From positions 1 through 34,137 of the forward strand of contig DAIDJT010000003.1 of NCBI GenBank assembly GCA_027451265.1: DNA of 34,137 nucleotides, written 5' to 3'. The position numbers were made by a program, and so were the translations under genes. Shown here in pieces: positions 8,423 to 19,500 of the stretch. Below the pieces are notes generated by a model. It was not told the origin of the DNA. It made no database searches and saw only the letters and a program-made list of their open reading frames with translations. Positions within the stretch are counted from its first letter, which is position 1. Each line of letters starts with the position of its first letter. This stretch comes from Bacteroidales bacterium (GTDB lineage Bacteria; Bacteroidota; Bacteroidia; Bacteroidales; VadinHA17).

Positions 8423-9793
8423 TTATTCATAACGAAGTGATTCAATCGGGTCTCTTTCTGAGGCTCTCTTTGCCGGCGAATAGCCGAAGATGACCCCAAC
8501 CGCGGCTGATACCCCGAAGGCAATCACAATAGAAAAGAGTGAAACAATTGTTGTTATGCCCGCTATCTTCTGTATCAGTACTGCCAGGATTATTCCGAGG
8601 AATACACCTATGAAGCCTCCAGAGACACTGATAAGCACTGCCTCTGAGAGGAACTGAACGACAATATCCATCTTCTTTGCACCGATGGCCATCCTCGTTC
8701 CTATCTCCTTAATTCTTTCCATTACAGAGGCGAACATGATATTCATGATTCCGATGCCGCCTACTATCAGGGAGATACTTGCAATTGCACCCAGCACAAT
8801 GTTGAAGATATCCTTGGTCCTCTGCTGCTGTTTCAGAAGCAGCTCCGGGACGGTTATCTCAAAGTCCTTCACGCCGGAGTGCCTCCTCAGCATCATCCTG
8901 CTGAGAACCTCGGTGGTGGGAGTTAGCTGTTCGGTCTCGGCAACCTGAACCACAATCTTGTCGAGCTGGTTATAGTTGGTCTCGGTGTTGGTGGTGGAAG
9001 CGCTCGCACCGCTGACAACCACCCTTCCATGCATGCCTCCGCCACCGAAAACCTGGACTGATGTTGCCTCAGTTGCCAGCTTGGTGTTGACAAGTGCCCT
9101 GTTCTGGTAACGCATGAGCATAGTCTTGATCGGGATATAAACGTTGTCATTGTAAACGTTTACCCCCTGTTCCTCGAACCCGGTCAGGGAAACGTTGGTC
9201 TTTTCGAGTACGCCTATCACCTTCAGCCACACATTGTCAAACTTGAGATACTGGCCGATGGGGTCAACCTGGCTGAAGAATTTGGCCCTGATGTTGGCAC
9301 CGATGATGCAAACCTGTATCCCGTATTCTTCCTGGTAGTCGTTAAAGAAGACACCCTGCGAAAGCGGGAGATTGTAAAGCTCAAAATAGTCATTCGATAC
9401 CCCTACCAGCTTGGCGGTATAGCGCATGCCGCTCAGCACTATTGTAGAGTTGAATGCAATCTCCGGGCTTATTCTCTTCACTGCGGGGATGGTGCTGCGG
9501 ATTGCCTCCACATCAAGCAGTGTCAGCCCTCTTGAGAATTTGTTCAACTGTTTCTCTCCTTCATTCTGGGAAGCATCCTTCTCCTGCACGATGGGGCTGA
9601 TGAGTATGTTGTTAACCCCTACCATCTTGATCTGGTCAAGGATCTCCTGCTGAGCACCCTTGCCTATTGCAAGCATGCTGATGACAGCCGCCACCCCGAA
9701 GATGATCCCGAGGGCGGTCAGTATCGACTTGAGCTTGTTTGAAAGAATCGACTCAAGGGCGATGCGTATGTCGTGTCCGTATCTTTTGAACAT
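8423..9793 (-). CDS. MacB/FtsX-family ABC transporter permease (no fused ATPase)
   Basis: LKSILTALGIIFGVAAVISMLAIG, large periplasmic domain, VGGIGIMNIMFASVMERIKEIGTRMAIGAK, PAKRASERDPIESLRYE. Confidence 0.95.
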   Translation of the reverse strand: MFKRYGHDIRIALESILSNKLKSILTALGIIFGVAAVISMLAIGKGAQQEILDQIKMVGVNNILISPIVQEKDASQNEGEKQLNKFSRGLTLLDVEAIRSTIPAVKRISPEIAFNSTIVLSGMRYTAKLVGVSNDYFELYNLPLSQGVFFNDYQEEYGIQVCIIGANIRAKFFSQVDPIGQYLKFDNVWLKVIGVLEKTNVSLTGFEEQGVNVYNDNVYIPIKTMLMRYQNRALVNTKLATEATSVQVFGGGGMHGRVVVSGASASTTNTETNYNQLDKIVVQVAETEQLTPTTEVLSRMMLRRHSGVKDFEITVPELLLKQQQRTKDIFNIVLGAIASISLIVGGIGIMNIMFASVMERIKEIGTRMAIGAKKMDIVVQFLSEAVLISVSGGFIGVFLGIILAVLIQKIAGITTIVSLFSIVIAFGVSAAVGVIFGYSPAKRASERDPIESLRYE

Positions 9794-9833
9794 GTTATTC
9801 CATGTTTATTTGCCTCAGAATCCTTTATCCCTG

Positions 9834-11348
9834 TTACTGGTTTGGCGTTCTTACCCTCTGCACCCTGACAGTGGTGTCACTTCCGCTTCCGGCCGGTCTG
9901 CCCTGCATCTGTCCGGGGCGTCCTGCTCCGCGCATCTGACGCATCGCCTCACGCTGCTCGGGAGTAAGGTTTTGCATGAATTCACGCATCTGCTCCGGGG
10001 TCATGTTGCCCGGCATCATGCCCGGTCGCTGGTTGCCATTCTGCTGACGCTTTGCCTCTTCGGCAGCCTGCTGCTTCTTCCTCTCCTTGATAACGCTTAT
10101 CAGCTCCTCACCGTGAAGCTTGAATTTTTCAGCGTTCTCGGGAATAGAAAGATAGAGCTTCTGGCCTTTTTCAAGACCCTGCTCCACAATTATGTCATTT
10201 TCATTAGACTCACCAAGGACAACCACCTGGCGTGACCCGTCCTTCATATAAACAAACGGGACACTGTCTGCTGTGGCGAATACTGTCTCAAGCGGAATAA
10301 ATGTCACATCGGTGAATGTTTTGGTGATTATCTGGTTTCCCGTGGTCATTGAAGGCCTGAGAATAGGATCAGAACCGTCAATCTTGGTTATAACCTCGAA
10401 TACCTTTGCATCGGTATTTGGAAGCTGCTCGCCGATATTGGCAACACTGAGCACAACACCGGTGTATGTTTTCTCAGGGAAGGCGTCAACGGTAAGCCTT
10501 ACACGCTGCCCGGCCTTTACCTTGCTTACATCAATCTCATTGACATAAGTCTTGGAGATCATTGATGCAAGGTCAGGAAGAGTGGCAACCACCGGGTCCC
10601 ACGGACTGATTTCCGAGCCAACCTTGCGTTTCGCACCGCCCCATTCCCTTTTGTATATTACCATCCCGTCAGACGGGGCTGTGATTATGAATTTCTGGAT
10701 TATCTCCTGCATCTCGGCAACTTTTCTCTGCTGCTTGGCTACCTGTAATTCAGTGTCCTTTATATCAGCCCTTGCCTGCCTGACTTTCAGGTCATAGTTG
10801 CTGAGTGACTGTTCATATGACCGCTGGGCCTTGTCAAGGGTTATCCTTGCCTGCCTGATTGTTGTAGGAGGCTCATACTTCGACTGCTCAAGGGTTATTT
10901 CGGCCTCCTCCATGTTAAACTTAAGGTTGAGGAGATCATCCCTCAGGTTACCAAGGGTTATGGTGGTATCAAGCTGCTTTTTAAGCAGGTCGGTCTGATA
11001 TGACTCCAGCCTGTCCTGTTCATCCTTTAACGTGTTGTCAACGCTTGAACGGTCAAGGGTGGCTACATAATCGCCTGCCTTCACCTCAGTACCTTCCGGC
11101 ACCAGGTCCGAGATCTTGATTGACCCGAACCTCATGTTGCGGCTGCTGAGACCCTCAGGCCCCTTGATATCTGTTGAAACCTCTGCCTGCAGTTCCCCGG
11201 TGGTTGTGACAACCACCTCAAAATCACCCTTCCGCACTTCAGTAAACAGTGTGCTAAGATCTTCCTTGCCTGTAAGTTTGCTGATGATGATCATGGCGAT
11301 TACTGCCAGCAATACAACGACTGAGGTAATGATAATAGTCCTTTTCAT
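9834..11348 (-). CDS. MacA/HlyD-family periplasmic adaptor
   Basis: N-terminal TM anchor, LVPEGTEVKAGD and ITAPSDGMV lipoyl halves, VNEIDVSKVKAGQRV beta-barrel, low-complexity C-terminal tail. Confidence 0.93.
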   Translation of the reverse strand: MKRTIIITSVVVLLAVIAMIIISKLTGKEDLSTLFTEVRKGDFEVVVTTTGELQAEVSTDIKGPEGLSSRNMRFGSIKISDLVPEGTEVKAGDYVATLDRSSVDNTLKDEQDRLESYQTDLLKKQLDTTITLGNLRDDLLNLKFNMEEAEITLEQSKYEPPTTIRQARITLDKAQRSYEQSLSNYDLKVRQARADIKDTELQVAKQQRKVAEMQEIIQKFIITAPSDGMVIYKREWGGAKRKVGSEISPWDPVVATLPDLASMISKTYVNEIDVSKVKAGQRVRLTVDAFPEKTYTGVVLSVANIGEQLPNTDAKVFEVITKIDGSDPILRPSMTTGNQIITKTFTDVTFIPLETVFATADSVPFVYMKDGSRQVVVLGESNENDIIVEQGLEKGQKLYLSIPENAEKFKLHGEELISVIKERKKQQAAEEAKRQQNGNQRPGMMPGNMTPEQMREFMQNLTPEQREAMRQMRGAGRPGQMQGRPAGSGSDTTVRVQRVRTPNQ

Positions 11349-11392
11349 CTGCCAAATTATCTGTTTGTTTTATTAAAGGCGTGAAATTATTA

Positions 11393-11444
11393 CAAATTTA
11401 GATTTATGTATTCGTTTTAAGTAAACATTAACTTTCATTAACTT
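11393..11444 (-). promoter_or_regulatory. Promoter (-7 TAAATTTG) plus tandem 9-bp direct repeat upstream of the efflux operon
   Basis: TAAATTTG at 11400-11393; cattaactt at 11426-11434 and 11436-11444 (10-bp period). Confidence 0.5.
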
Positions 11445-11509
11445 AAACCTGTTTGTAGTGCATAAAAACCGTTCAAAAAAGAGGTGTAAATAGTACCCGG
11501 GTGAAATAA

Positions 11510-12889
11510 TTATAAATTTTTAACAATGACTGTAACGCTGTCAGCCAGTCTTTCTGCCTGCTCCATTGTTTTCTCCTCGGCATAAATCCTCATTATCGGT
11601 TCGGTGTTTGATTTCCTGACCTGGACCCATCCTGAAGGCAGGTCAAGCTTAATCCCGTCACGCGTGTCACATGATGCTTCAGGATATGCCTTTACCAGGT
11701 TTTCACGAAGCTTGTCCATGTCAACAATGCCCTGGAGGTCAATCTTTTTTTTCGCAATGAAGTAGTTCGGATATTTGCTTCGCAGTTCACTGCATTTGAC
11801 TCCCTGTTTTGCGAGGTGGGTCAGGAAGAGGGCAATTCCTGCCAGTGCATCACGGCCGTAATGAAGTGCCGGATATATGACACCGCCGTTGCCTTCACCC
11901 CCAATGACGGCGCCGGTACGCTTCATCTCAGCCACAACATTGACCTCTCCCACCGGTGCGGAGGTATAGGTGCAACCATGCTTTTCACTGACATCCCGTA
12001 ACGCCCTTGTTGATGACATGTTGGATACGGTGGGTCCCTTGACATGGCCAAGCACATAATCAGAAACAGACACCAGGGTGTACTCCTCTCCGAACATTAA
12101 CCCGTCTTCGCATACAATGGCCAGCCTGTCAACGTCAGGGTCAACCACGAAGCCAAGATGGGCTCCGCTTTCCTTCACGGTTCGGGAGATATCTGAAAGA
12201 TGTTCCGGCAACGGTTCCGGGTTATGCGGAAAGAGACCGGTAGGTTCACAGTAAAGCTCAATCACATTATTTACACCCAGCGCCTTCAGAAGTGCAGGTA
12301 TTGCAATGCCTCCCACCGAGTTGACTGCATCAACGGCTATTGTAAACCCGGCCTTTCGGATAGCATCACAATCGGTCAGCTTCATCCCGGCCACCATGGC
12401 GATATGCTTTTCAGTCCAGCTGTCATCACGTGTTTCCTTTCCCAACTTATCGTAAGTCACATAGTCAAAGTCTTCCGCTGCTGCCAGGGCCAGAACCTCC
12501 CTGCCGTCAGCATCACTCAGGAACTCACCCTCTTCATTGAGGAGCTTGAGAGCATTCCACTGGGCCGGGTTATGACTCGCTGTCAGTATGATTCCTCCCC
12601 CGGCACCCAGCCCCGTCACAGCCACCTCAACCGTTGGGGTGGTGACCAGTCCGGCATCAATGACATCTATCCCTGCACTCCTGAGTGATGAGTTGACCAG
12701 CGCAGCAACCACCGGGCCGGATACCCGGGCATCACGTCCGGTTACGACACGAAGCGGTCCTCTGCCCCTTCTCCTGAGCCATGTGCCGTAAGCAGATGCA
12801 AATTTTACAATATCAACGGGTGTAAGCGACTCGCCCGGTTTCCCGCCAATTGTTCCCCTGATGCCTGAGATGGATTTGATAAGTGCCAT
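11510..12889 (-). CDS. glmM: Phosphoglucosamine mutase
   Basis: SISGIRG, catalytic TASHNP, metal loop DPDVDR, GGEGNGG, RKSNTEPIMRIYAE. Confidence 0.92.
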   Translation of the reverse strand: MALIKSISGIRGTIGGKPGESLTPVDIVKFASAYGTWLRRRGRGPLRVVTGRDARVSGPVVAALVNSSLRSAGIDVIDAGLVTTPTVEVAVTGLGAGGGIILTASHNPAQWNALKLLNEEGEFLSDADGREVLALAAAEDFDYVTYDKLGKETRDDSWTEKHIAMVAGMKLTDCDAIRKAGFTIAVDAVNSVGGIAIPALLKALGVNNVIELYCEPTGLFPHNPEPLPEHLSDISRTVKESGAHLGFVVDPDVDRLAIVCEDGLMFGEEYTLVSVSDYVLGHVKGPTVSNMSSTRALRDVSEKHGCTYTSAPVGEVNVVAEMKRTGAVIGGEGNGGVIYPALHYGRDALAGIALFLTHLAKQGVKCSELRSKYPNYFIAKKKIDLQGIVDMDKLRENLVKAYPEASCDTRDGIKLDLPSGWVQVRKSNTEPIMRIYAEEKTMEQAERLADSVTVIVKNL

Positions 12890-12955
12890 ATAATGCCAGT
12901 TTTAGTAAAATGCAAAGGTGCAAAAAAGATCGGGGATAAAACCGGTAAATAGTTG

Positions 12956-12963
12956 TAAATTTG
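12956..12963 (+). promoter_or_regulatory. -7 promoter element for the rluB-like/era/der operon
   Basis: TAAATTTG followed by CA, 15 bp upstream of ATG 12979. Confidence 0.65.
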
Positions 12964-12978
12964 CACGCTGAAAGAATA

Positions 12979-13818
12979 ATGATGGAAAAAAAGACGGCCG
13001 GGCCACGTAAAGAATTCAGAAAAAGGGAAGTGACCCCGGGGGCTGCTGCCGGGCCACGTAAAGCTTTTAAGAAAGGCAAAGGCACCCCGAAACCGGAGGC
13101 CGAACCTGTCAGGCTCAATAAATTCATAGCTAACAGCGGCGTCTGCGCAAGGCGTGAAGCTGACGAGCTGATTAAACAGGGATACATATCTGTCAATGGA
13201 AAGAAGGTGACCGATATGGGTATCAAGGTACTGCCGTCTGACAAAGTGGAGTACAGGGGTAAACTGCTTACCCCCGGGAAGAAGGTATACATACTGCTCA
13301 ACAAGCCGAAAGGATATGTAACCACAGTCAGGGATCCTCATGCCGACTTCACCGTCCTGGACCTTGTGAAGGATGCCACCACCGAACGGATCTACCCTGT
13401 GGGAAGGCTTGACAAGGCAACCACCGGCGTTCTCCTTCTGACCAATGACGGTGACCTGGCAGGAAAACTAACCCACCCCTCATACGGCGCCGGAAAGGTT
13501 TATCATGTCTTCCTCGACAGGGAGGTTACCAGAAACGATATGGAGACCATTGTCAACGGGGTGGAGCTTGAGGAGGGAAAGGTCAGCGCAGATGCCATCT
13601 CCTATGCTGACCCGGAGGATCGCACCCAGGTTGGCGTCGAAATTCACTCGGGCCAGAACAGGGTGGTAAGACGCATCTTTGAAAAACTGGGCTATAAGGT
13701 CAGAAAACTCGACCGTGTCAGCTTTGCAGGCCTGACAAAAAAGAACCTGCAACGAGGGCACTGGAGACACCTGACACCGAAGGAGATCAGCCTTCTTAAA
13801 CGGGGCAACCGGAAATAA
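12979..13818 (+). CDS. RsuA/RluB-family rRNA pseudouridine synthase with S4 domain
   Basis: VRLNKFIANSGVCARREADELI (S4), LLNKPKGYVTT, YPVGRLD with the catalytic Asp. Start moved to ATG 12979 because the TTG at 12961 lies inside the promoter element. Confidence 0.93.
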   Translation: MMEKKTAGPRKEFRKREVTPGAAAGPRKAFKKGKGTPKPEAEPVRLNKFIANSGVCARREADELIKQGYISVNGKKVTDMGIKVLPSDKVEYRGKLLTPGKKVYILLNKPKGYVTTVRDPHADFTVLDLVKDATTERIYPVGRLDKATTGVLLLTNDGDLAGKLTHPSYGAGKVYHVFLDREVTRNDMETIVNGVELEEGKVSADAISYADPEDRTQVGVEIHSGQNRVVRRIFEKLGYKVRKLDRVSFAGLTKKNLQRGHWRHLTPKEISLLKRGNRK

Positions 13819-13827
13819 CACCACCCG

Positions 13828-14706
13828 ATGGAACACAGGTCTGGCTTTGTAAATATCCTCGGAAACCCCAACGTCGGGAAATCGACGCTGATGAACGTAC
13901 TCGTCGGCCAGAAGCTTTCAGTTACCACCCCGAAGGCACAGACCACCCGCCACAGGATCATGGGTATCCTCAACGGCGAGGGATACCAGGTTGTATATTC
14001 TGACACGCCGGGCATCCTGAACCCGAAGTATAAACTGCAGTCGGCCATGATGAAATCAGTCGAGTCTGCCCTTGATGATGCTGACCTGATCCTTTACGTC
14101 ACCGACGTCGTTGAGACTGCCTCCAAGCACAGCGGGCACCTCAGCCGCATACTTGCCTCTGCCGTACAGAAGATCATTGTCATAAACAAGATTGACCTTA
14201 CAAACCAGGCAGACCTGGAAAAGCTTGTGGAGAAGTGGAATGTGATGGCTCCAGGAATCCCGGCGCTTCCCGTGTCAGCCACCAACAGGTTCAATACTGA
14301 CCTCCTGCTGAAAGAAATAATCAGCCGCCTCCCGGAAGGGCCGCCATATTTCCCGGAAGATCAGCTGACTGACCGTTATGAGCGTTTCTTTGTCACAGAG
14401 ATCATCAGGGGAAAGATATTTGAGACATACCAGAAGGAGATTCCCTATTCGGTTGAAGTTGAGATTGAGAGTTACCGCGAAGAGCCGGGCATTAACCGGA
14501 TTGCGGCGATAATTTATGTTGCCAGGGAAAGCCAGAAGGGAATCATCATAGGCCATAAAGGCTCGATGCTTAAGCGGGCAGGCACCGCAGCAAGAAAGGA
14601 AATGGAAGAGTTCCTTGGCAAAAAAGTCTTCCTGGAACTTTATGTCAGGGTGGCCCCTGAGTGGCGTGACAATCCCCGCATGCTTAAAAAATTCGGATAC
14701 CTGTAG
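13828..14706 (+). CDS. era: GTPase Era
   Basis: GNPNVGKST, QTTR, DTPG, NKID, KH domain with IIIGHKG. Confidence 0.98.
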   Translation: MEHRSGFVNILGNPNVGKSTLMNVLVGQKLSVTTPKAQTTRHRIMGILNGEGYQVVYSDTPGILNPKYKLQSAMMKSVESALDDADLILYVTDVVETASKHSGHLSRILASAVQKIIVINKIDLTNQADLEKLVEKWNVMAPGIPALPVSATNRFNTDLLLKEIISRLPEGPPYFPEDQLTDRYERFFVTEIIRGKIFETYQKEIPYSVEVEIESYREEPGINRIAAIIYVARESQKGIIIGHKGSMLKRAGTAARKEMEEFLGKKVFLELYVRVAPEWRDNPRMLKKFGYL

Positions 14707-14715
14707 CATTTGATT

Positions 14716-16020
14716 ATGAGTAAGATAGCAGCAATAGTAGGAAGACCAAATGTTGGCAAGTCAACCCTCTTCAACCGCCTGACGGAGAGTCGTGCGGCAA
14801 TCGTGAACGAGGAGAGCGGTGTGACCCGTGACAGGCATTATGGCAGGGTATCATGGAACGGGGTGGAATTTTCGGTGGTTGACACCGGAGGGTTCGTGGA
14901 AAACTCCGACGACGTCTTCGAGAGCGAGATAAACAGGCAGGTCAAACTCGCCATCAGTGAGGCTGACGTGATACTCTTCATGGTTGACGTTGAGACCGGA
15001 GTACATGAACTTGACAGGTCAGTGGCATCGCTGCTGCGCAAGGTTCAGAAAAAGGTGATCACCATCGTCAACAAGGTTGACAATAACAAGCGCCTCCTTG
15101 ATGCTGCCGAATTCTATGGGCTGGGGCTGGGCGATTACTTCCCGGTAAGCTCCGTCAACGGAAGCGGCACAGGCGAGCTCCTTGACGAGATAGTAAAACA
15201 CCTTCCGGACACCCCTGACGAGACCGGTGAGGAGATACCAAAGGTGGCGGTGGTTGGCCGTCCCAACGTTGGCAAATCATCACTGGCAAATACACTCCTT
15301 GGTGAAGAGAGAAACATTGTGACACCCGTGGCCGGCACAACACGTGACTCAATTCACAGCCTGTACAACAAATTTAACTACCGGTTCCTTCTCATTGACA
15401 CCGCCGGGCTCAGAAAAAAAGCAAAAGTGGAGGAGGATATCGAGTTCTACTCAACCCTCAGGTCAGTGAGAGCCATCGAGGAGAGCGATGTGTGCCTGCT
15501 GCTCATTGATGCCACACGCGGGATCGAATCACAGGATCTCAGCATCCTGAGCATAATCCAGAAAAACAATAAGGGACTGATCATCCTGGTAAACAAATGG
15601 GACCTGGTGGAGAAGGACCAGAACAGCACCAAGCGCTTTGAGGATGAGATCAGGTCAAAGACAGCTCCATTCACCGACTACCCTGTACTGTTTATTTCAG
15701 CAATTACCAAACAAAGGGTGCATAAGGTTCTGGAACTCATCATGACCGTCTATGAAAACAGGAGAAGAAAGATCTCCACGTCACAGCTGAATGAGGTGAT
15801 GCTCAGGATCATCGGCGAAACTCCGCCGCCGGCTACAAAGGGGAAGCATATCAAAATCAAATATGTAACCCAGCTCCCTTCAGCCTCCCCGGCCTTTGCC
15901 TTCTTCTGCAACCTGCCGCAATACATCAGGGAACCATATAAAAGGTTCGTGGAGAACAGACTGAGAGAGAACTTCCCCCTGACCGGCGCTCCCGTAAGGA
16001 TATTTTTCAGAAAAAAATAA
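14716..16020 (+). CDS. der: Ribosome biogenesis GTPase Der (EngA)
   Basis: Two GTPase domains (GRPNVGKS twice, DTGG/DTAG, NKVD/NKWD) and a KH-like C-terminus; ATG 14716 preferred over TTG 14710. Confidence 0.98.
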   Translation: MSKIAAIVGRPNVGKSTLFNRLTESRAAIVNEESGVTRDRHYGRVSWNGVEFSVVDTGGFVENSDDVFESEINRQVKLAISEADVILFMVDVETGVHELDRSVASLLRKVQKKVITIVNKVDNNKRLLDAAEFYGLGLGDYFPVSSVNGSGTGELLDEIVKHLPDTPDETGEEIPKVAVVGRPNVGKSSLANTLLGEERNIVTPVAGTTRDSIHSLYNKFNYRFLLIDTAGLRKKAKVEEDIEFYSTLRSVRAIEESDVCLLLIDATRGIESQDLSILSIIQKNNKGLIILVNKWDLVEKDQNSTKRFEDEIRSKTAPFTDYPVLFISAITKQRVHKVLELIMTVYENRRRKISTSQLNEVMLRIIGETPPPATKGKHIKIKYVTQLPSASPAFAFFCNLPQYIREPYKRFVENRLRENFPLTGAPVRIFFRKK

Positions 16021-16064
16021 ATACATTTGGTGTGATTTTTGATGCCAGGGAGTATTGCAAGCAT

Positions 16065-16586
16065 ATGAAAAATGCACTTATCATAACGATTCTTGCAGCG
16101 ACGCTGATGATGGCCTCATGCGGACCTATCGAGACGCTTCCCCCGGAACCCAGGATCGAGTTCAGGACCTTCTCGCTTTATGATACAACGGATATTCTGG
16201 GCAATCCAGCCAAAGCCGGCAAACTTACTTTTTACTTCGAAGATGGCGATGGTGACCTTGGCCTCGATCCCCCTCTGACACCTGGTGTTGATCCTTCAAG
16301 CAACCTCTTTTTAAGGTTATTCCGCAAAACGAACGGCACTTTTGAGCTTGCGGAACCGTCAGATCCTCTTTACCCGTCTGAATACCGTATACCTTACATT
16401 GATGCAGAAGGCCAGAACAAAATACTTAAGGGAACAATAGATGTTACACTTTTCTACCTGATTTATGACCCTCAGGATACCCTGTATTACGATTTCTGGA
16501 TCAGGGACAGGGGCGGCAATGAAAGCAATACCGCTACCACCTGCGTAGTTGTCCTGGGCGAAAACGGCACCTGTCAGCCTGAGTGA
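16065..16586 (+). CDS. Hypothetical lipoprotein
   Basis: MKNALIITILAATLMMASC lipobox, FEDGDGDLG motif, WIRDRGGNESN near the C-terminus; candidate -7 element TACATTTG at 16022-16029. Confidence 0.8.
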   Translation: MKNALIITILAATLMMASCGPIETLPPEPRIEFRTFSLYDTTDILGNPAKAGKLTFYFEDGDGDLGLDPPLTPGVDPSSNLFLRLFRKTNGTFELAEPSDPLYPSEYRIPYIDAEGQNKILKGTIDVTLFYLIYDPQDTLYYDFWIRDRGGNESNTATTCVVVLGENGTCQPE

Positions 16587-19500
16587 TCAGACTCTCATCC
16601 CCATAAAGAGGACGTCATCAACCTGATCATTCTTACCCATCCATTCAAAGAAGAACTCCCTGACTTCCCTCTGCTGTCCCTCAGCGTTCAGCGGTGTTAT
16701 ATCATCAATAAGGGTTTTGAGGCGGCTGATTTTCATCTTCTTCCCGCCATGGCCTCCGAATTGGTCACAGTAGCCGTCAGTAAAGAGAAAGACCATATCT
16801 CCCTCCCTGAGGTGGTACTCCTGGTCATCATAAAACTTTTCGGTAACGGATTCACCTCCCACGGATGACCTGTTTCCCCTGACATAGTGCTGCACTCCGT
16901 CAATAACAAGTATCACGGGCCTCATTGCAGATGAGAAGACCAGCTGCCTGGTGGTGAGGTTGAACTCACACACCACGATGTCCATGCCGTCATTTGAGGC
17001 TTCCATCTCCTGGTTCTGGTTGAGTGTTGAGAATATCTGCCTGTCAAGTTCATGAAGTATCTGTGAGGGCCTGGTTATCTTCTTGACGGTAATGATATCC
17101 TGGAGGAGTGCCGTACCGATCATTGACATGAAAGCGCCAGGCACACCATGGCCCGTTGAGTCAGAGCAGACAACAATGAACCGGTCCTTATCAACCCAGT
17201 CAAACCAGTAGAAGTCACCGCTGACAATATCGCGTGGCTGGAAGAAGACGAATGCCTCCCTGAAGACTGTGCCGAGCCGCGCAGTATCAGGCAGGACACT
17301 GCTCTGGATACGCTTGGCATACTTAATGCTCTCGGTGATGTCAAGGTTTTTCTGGGCCAGCTCTTCCTTCTGTTCGTAAACCTCGGCAGTGCGCTTCTGC
17401 AGCTCATTTTCGAGGTATTCGCGCTGTATCCTGTGAGCCCTTTCGCGAAGCCTTACAATAAGATATACCACTCCCGCGATGAGCGCCAGCACAGACAGGA
17501 AAAACCACCACCTGTCAGTCACGGGTTTCTGTATGATAAGGCTGAATGATGCAGTTGTGGCACGGTCCGGATCATCCCTGGTAAGGGCTTCCACACTGAA
17601 CCGGTAATGCCCGTCACGTAGATTGTAGGTGACAGACCTGTCACCGGTCACCTCACTCCACTCCTCGTCAAAGTTGCCAAGCCTGGTGCGGTAGACAACG
17701 TTCAGCGGGTCGCGAAGGAAGATGCCAGCATAATTAACCTTCACACTGTATGATTTCCTGTAGGGAAGATTGTAACTCTCCCTGTATGGATATACGACAT
17801 CGTTGATAACCACTGAAATGATTCCTGCCTGTGGTGCTGCTGCAGAATCTGGTTCCAGTGACGGGTTGTAAACGACTATTCCTTCGGTTGTTCCTACACA
17901 GACCGTTCCGTCCGGGAGGCCGGCAATAGCATTGGGGAGACAATCACCCCTCACCCCGAATTCCGTACTGTAAGCTCTTACCGAGCCCGTTGCCGGATTG
18001 GTGATTGAAAAGCCCTTCTGATGGCCTGTCCAGACCCTTCCGTCAGAGGCAATCAGGGCACTGTAGCAGAAGTTGGTCAGCAACCCGTCAGCCTCGGTGT
18101 AATTAAGAACCGTGTCACCTGCAAAGAGAAACAGCCCGTTGCCATTTGTCCCGGCGCAGATTGTGCGGTCAGGTGCAACCGAGATGCAGCGGAGCTCGTT
18201 GACCCTGCTTCCTTCCATTATCATCCCTTCCGTGCGTACTCCTCCTGTGACATGGATGTAGCACAGCCGGTCACTCTTGGTGGCCACCAGCACCTCACCC
18301 TCACGGTTGACAACAACCTGTGAAATGTAGTTATGAGGCAGCAGGTCAAGCGTCGTATAGACAGCTTTTTGTCTTCCGGTCGCCCTGTCAAGGAGGATGA
18401 CTCCGTCACTGGTGCCGAGCCACAGGTTGTCACTTTCAACAGCCACAGAGTTGATATGGTTCTGACCGGGATTTCCGGAAAGGTAATACTGTCTGAGGCT
18501 CCCGTCTGGCTTCATGAGCCACAGGCCGTCGCTGACAGTGCCTATCCATATGTTTCCTGTATCATCCGTTGCCCATGATGCAATTCCTGAACCCCCGGTT
18601 CTGGCAGTAAGGGAGCGGAACCGCGTAAAGCTGCCGGTAAGCGGGTTAAAATCATATATCCCGCTCCTGGTGCCTGCAACCACCTGGTCTCCTGCCCGGC
18701 CGATGAAAGTGATCTCCTTGTTAGTCTCCGGTCGGTAAAATGCGAAGGCATTGGTGGTGACAGCCGCAAGTCCGTGGCTGAAAAGGCCTATCCAGAGGTT
18801 CCCCTCACGGTCTGTAAAGAGGGTGCGGACGTTATTGTCAGGGAGGCCTGAAGTGACGTCGTATCTCCCGGTGATTGTCATATCACTGAAATCCTGGCTG
18901 AATGAGGTCTTAAATGCCCCGGCATCCATGGTGGCAACGGTCAGCGACCTTCCGGGACCTGCATTGATAGCGGGGATGTTCATGTTCATAAAAAGGGTGT
19001 CACCCACAGCTGTGGCAGTCATTGTGTCACCGCTTCGCCTGATCATCCAGAGACCTTTGTCGCCGGTACCGGCAAACCATGTGTCATCATCCATCCGGAG
19101 CACCGTCTGGATCCATGTGTAGTCCAGTTCCGGGAAGGTGAGCCGGCTCACCGCACTGTCACCGGAAGCAGCGCAAAGGTGCAGGTTATCCTGAGTTGCA
19201 GCCAGGAATGTTCCGTCCCCGGCAAAGGCTATGTCAAAGAGGTTCATCTCACCGGGCATTTTCATCCGGGTGATTTTGTCACCTTCTCCTTTGCCGGCAA
19301 TAAAGATCCCACTGGTTTGTGTAATTATCCATACGTTGCCGTCAGGGCTCCCTGTGATGCGGTTGACCCTGTCAGACTCCACCAGGCTTCTCCTCTCCAT
19401 TTTGCCTCCCGGTTTCCAGGTAAAGAGGGAACCGTCACTCATCCCCACCCACATTGTACCATTTTTATCATTATACAGGGCACTCACATTGCCGCGCGGC

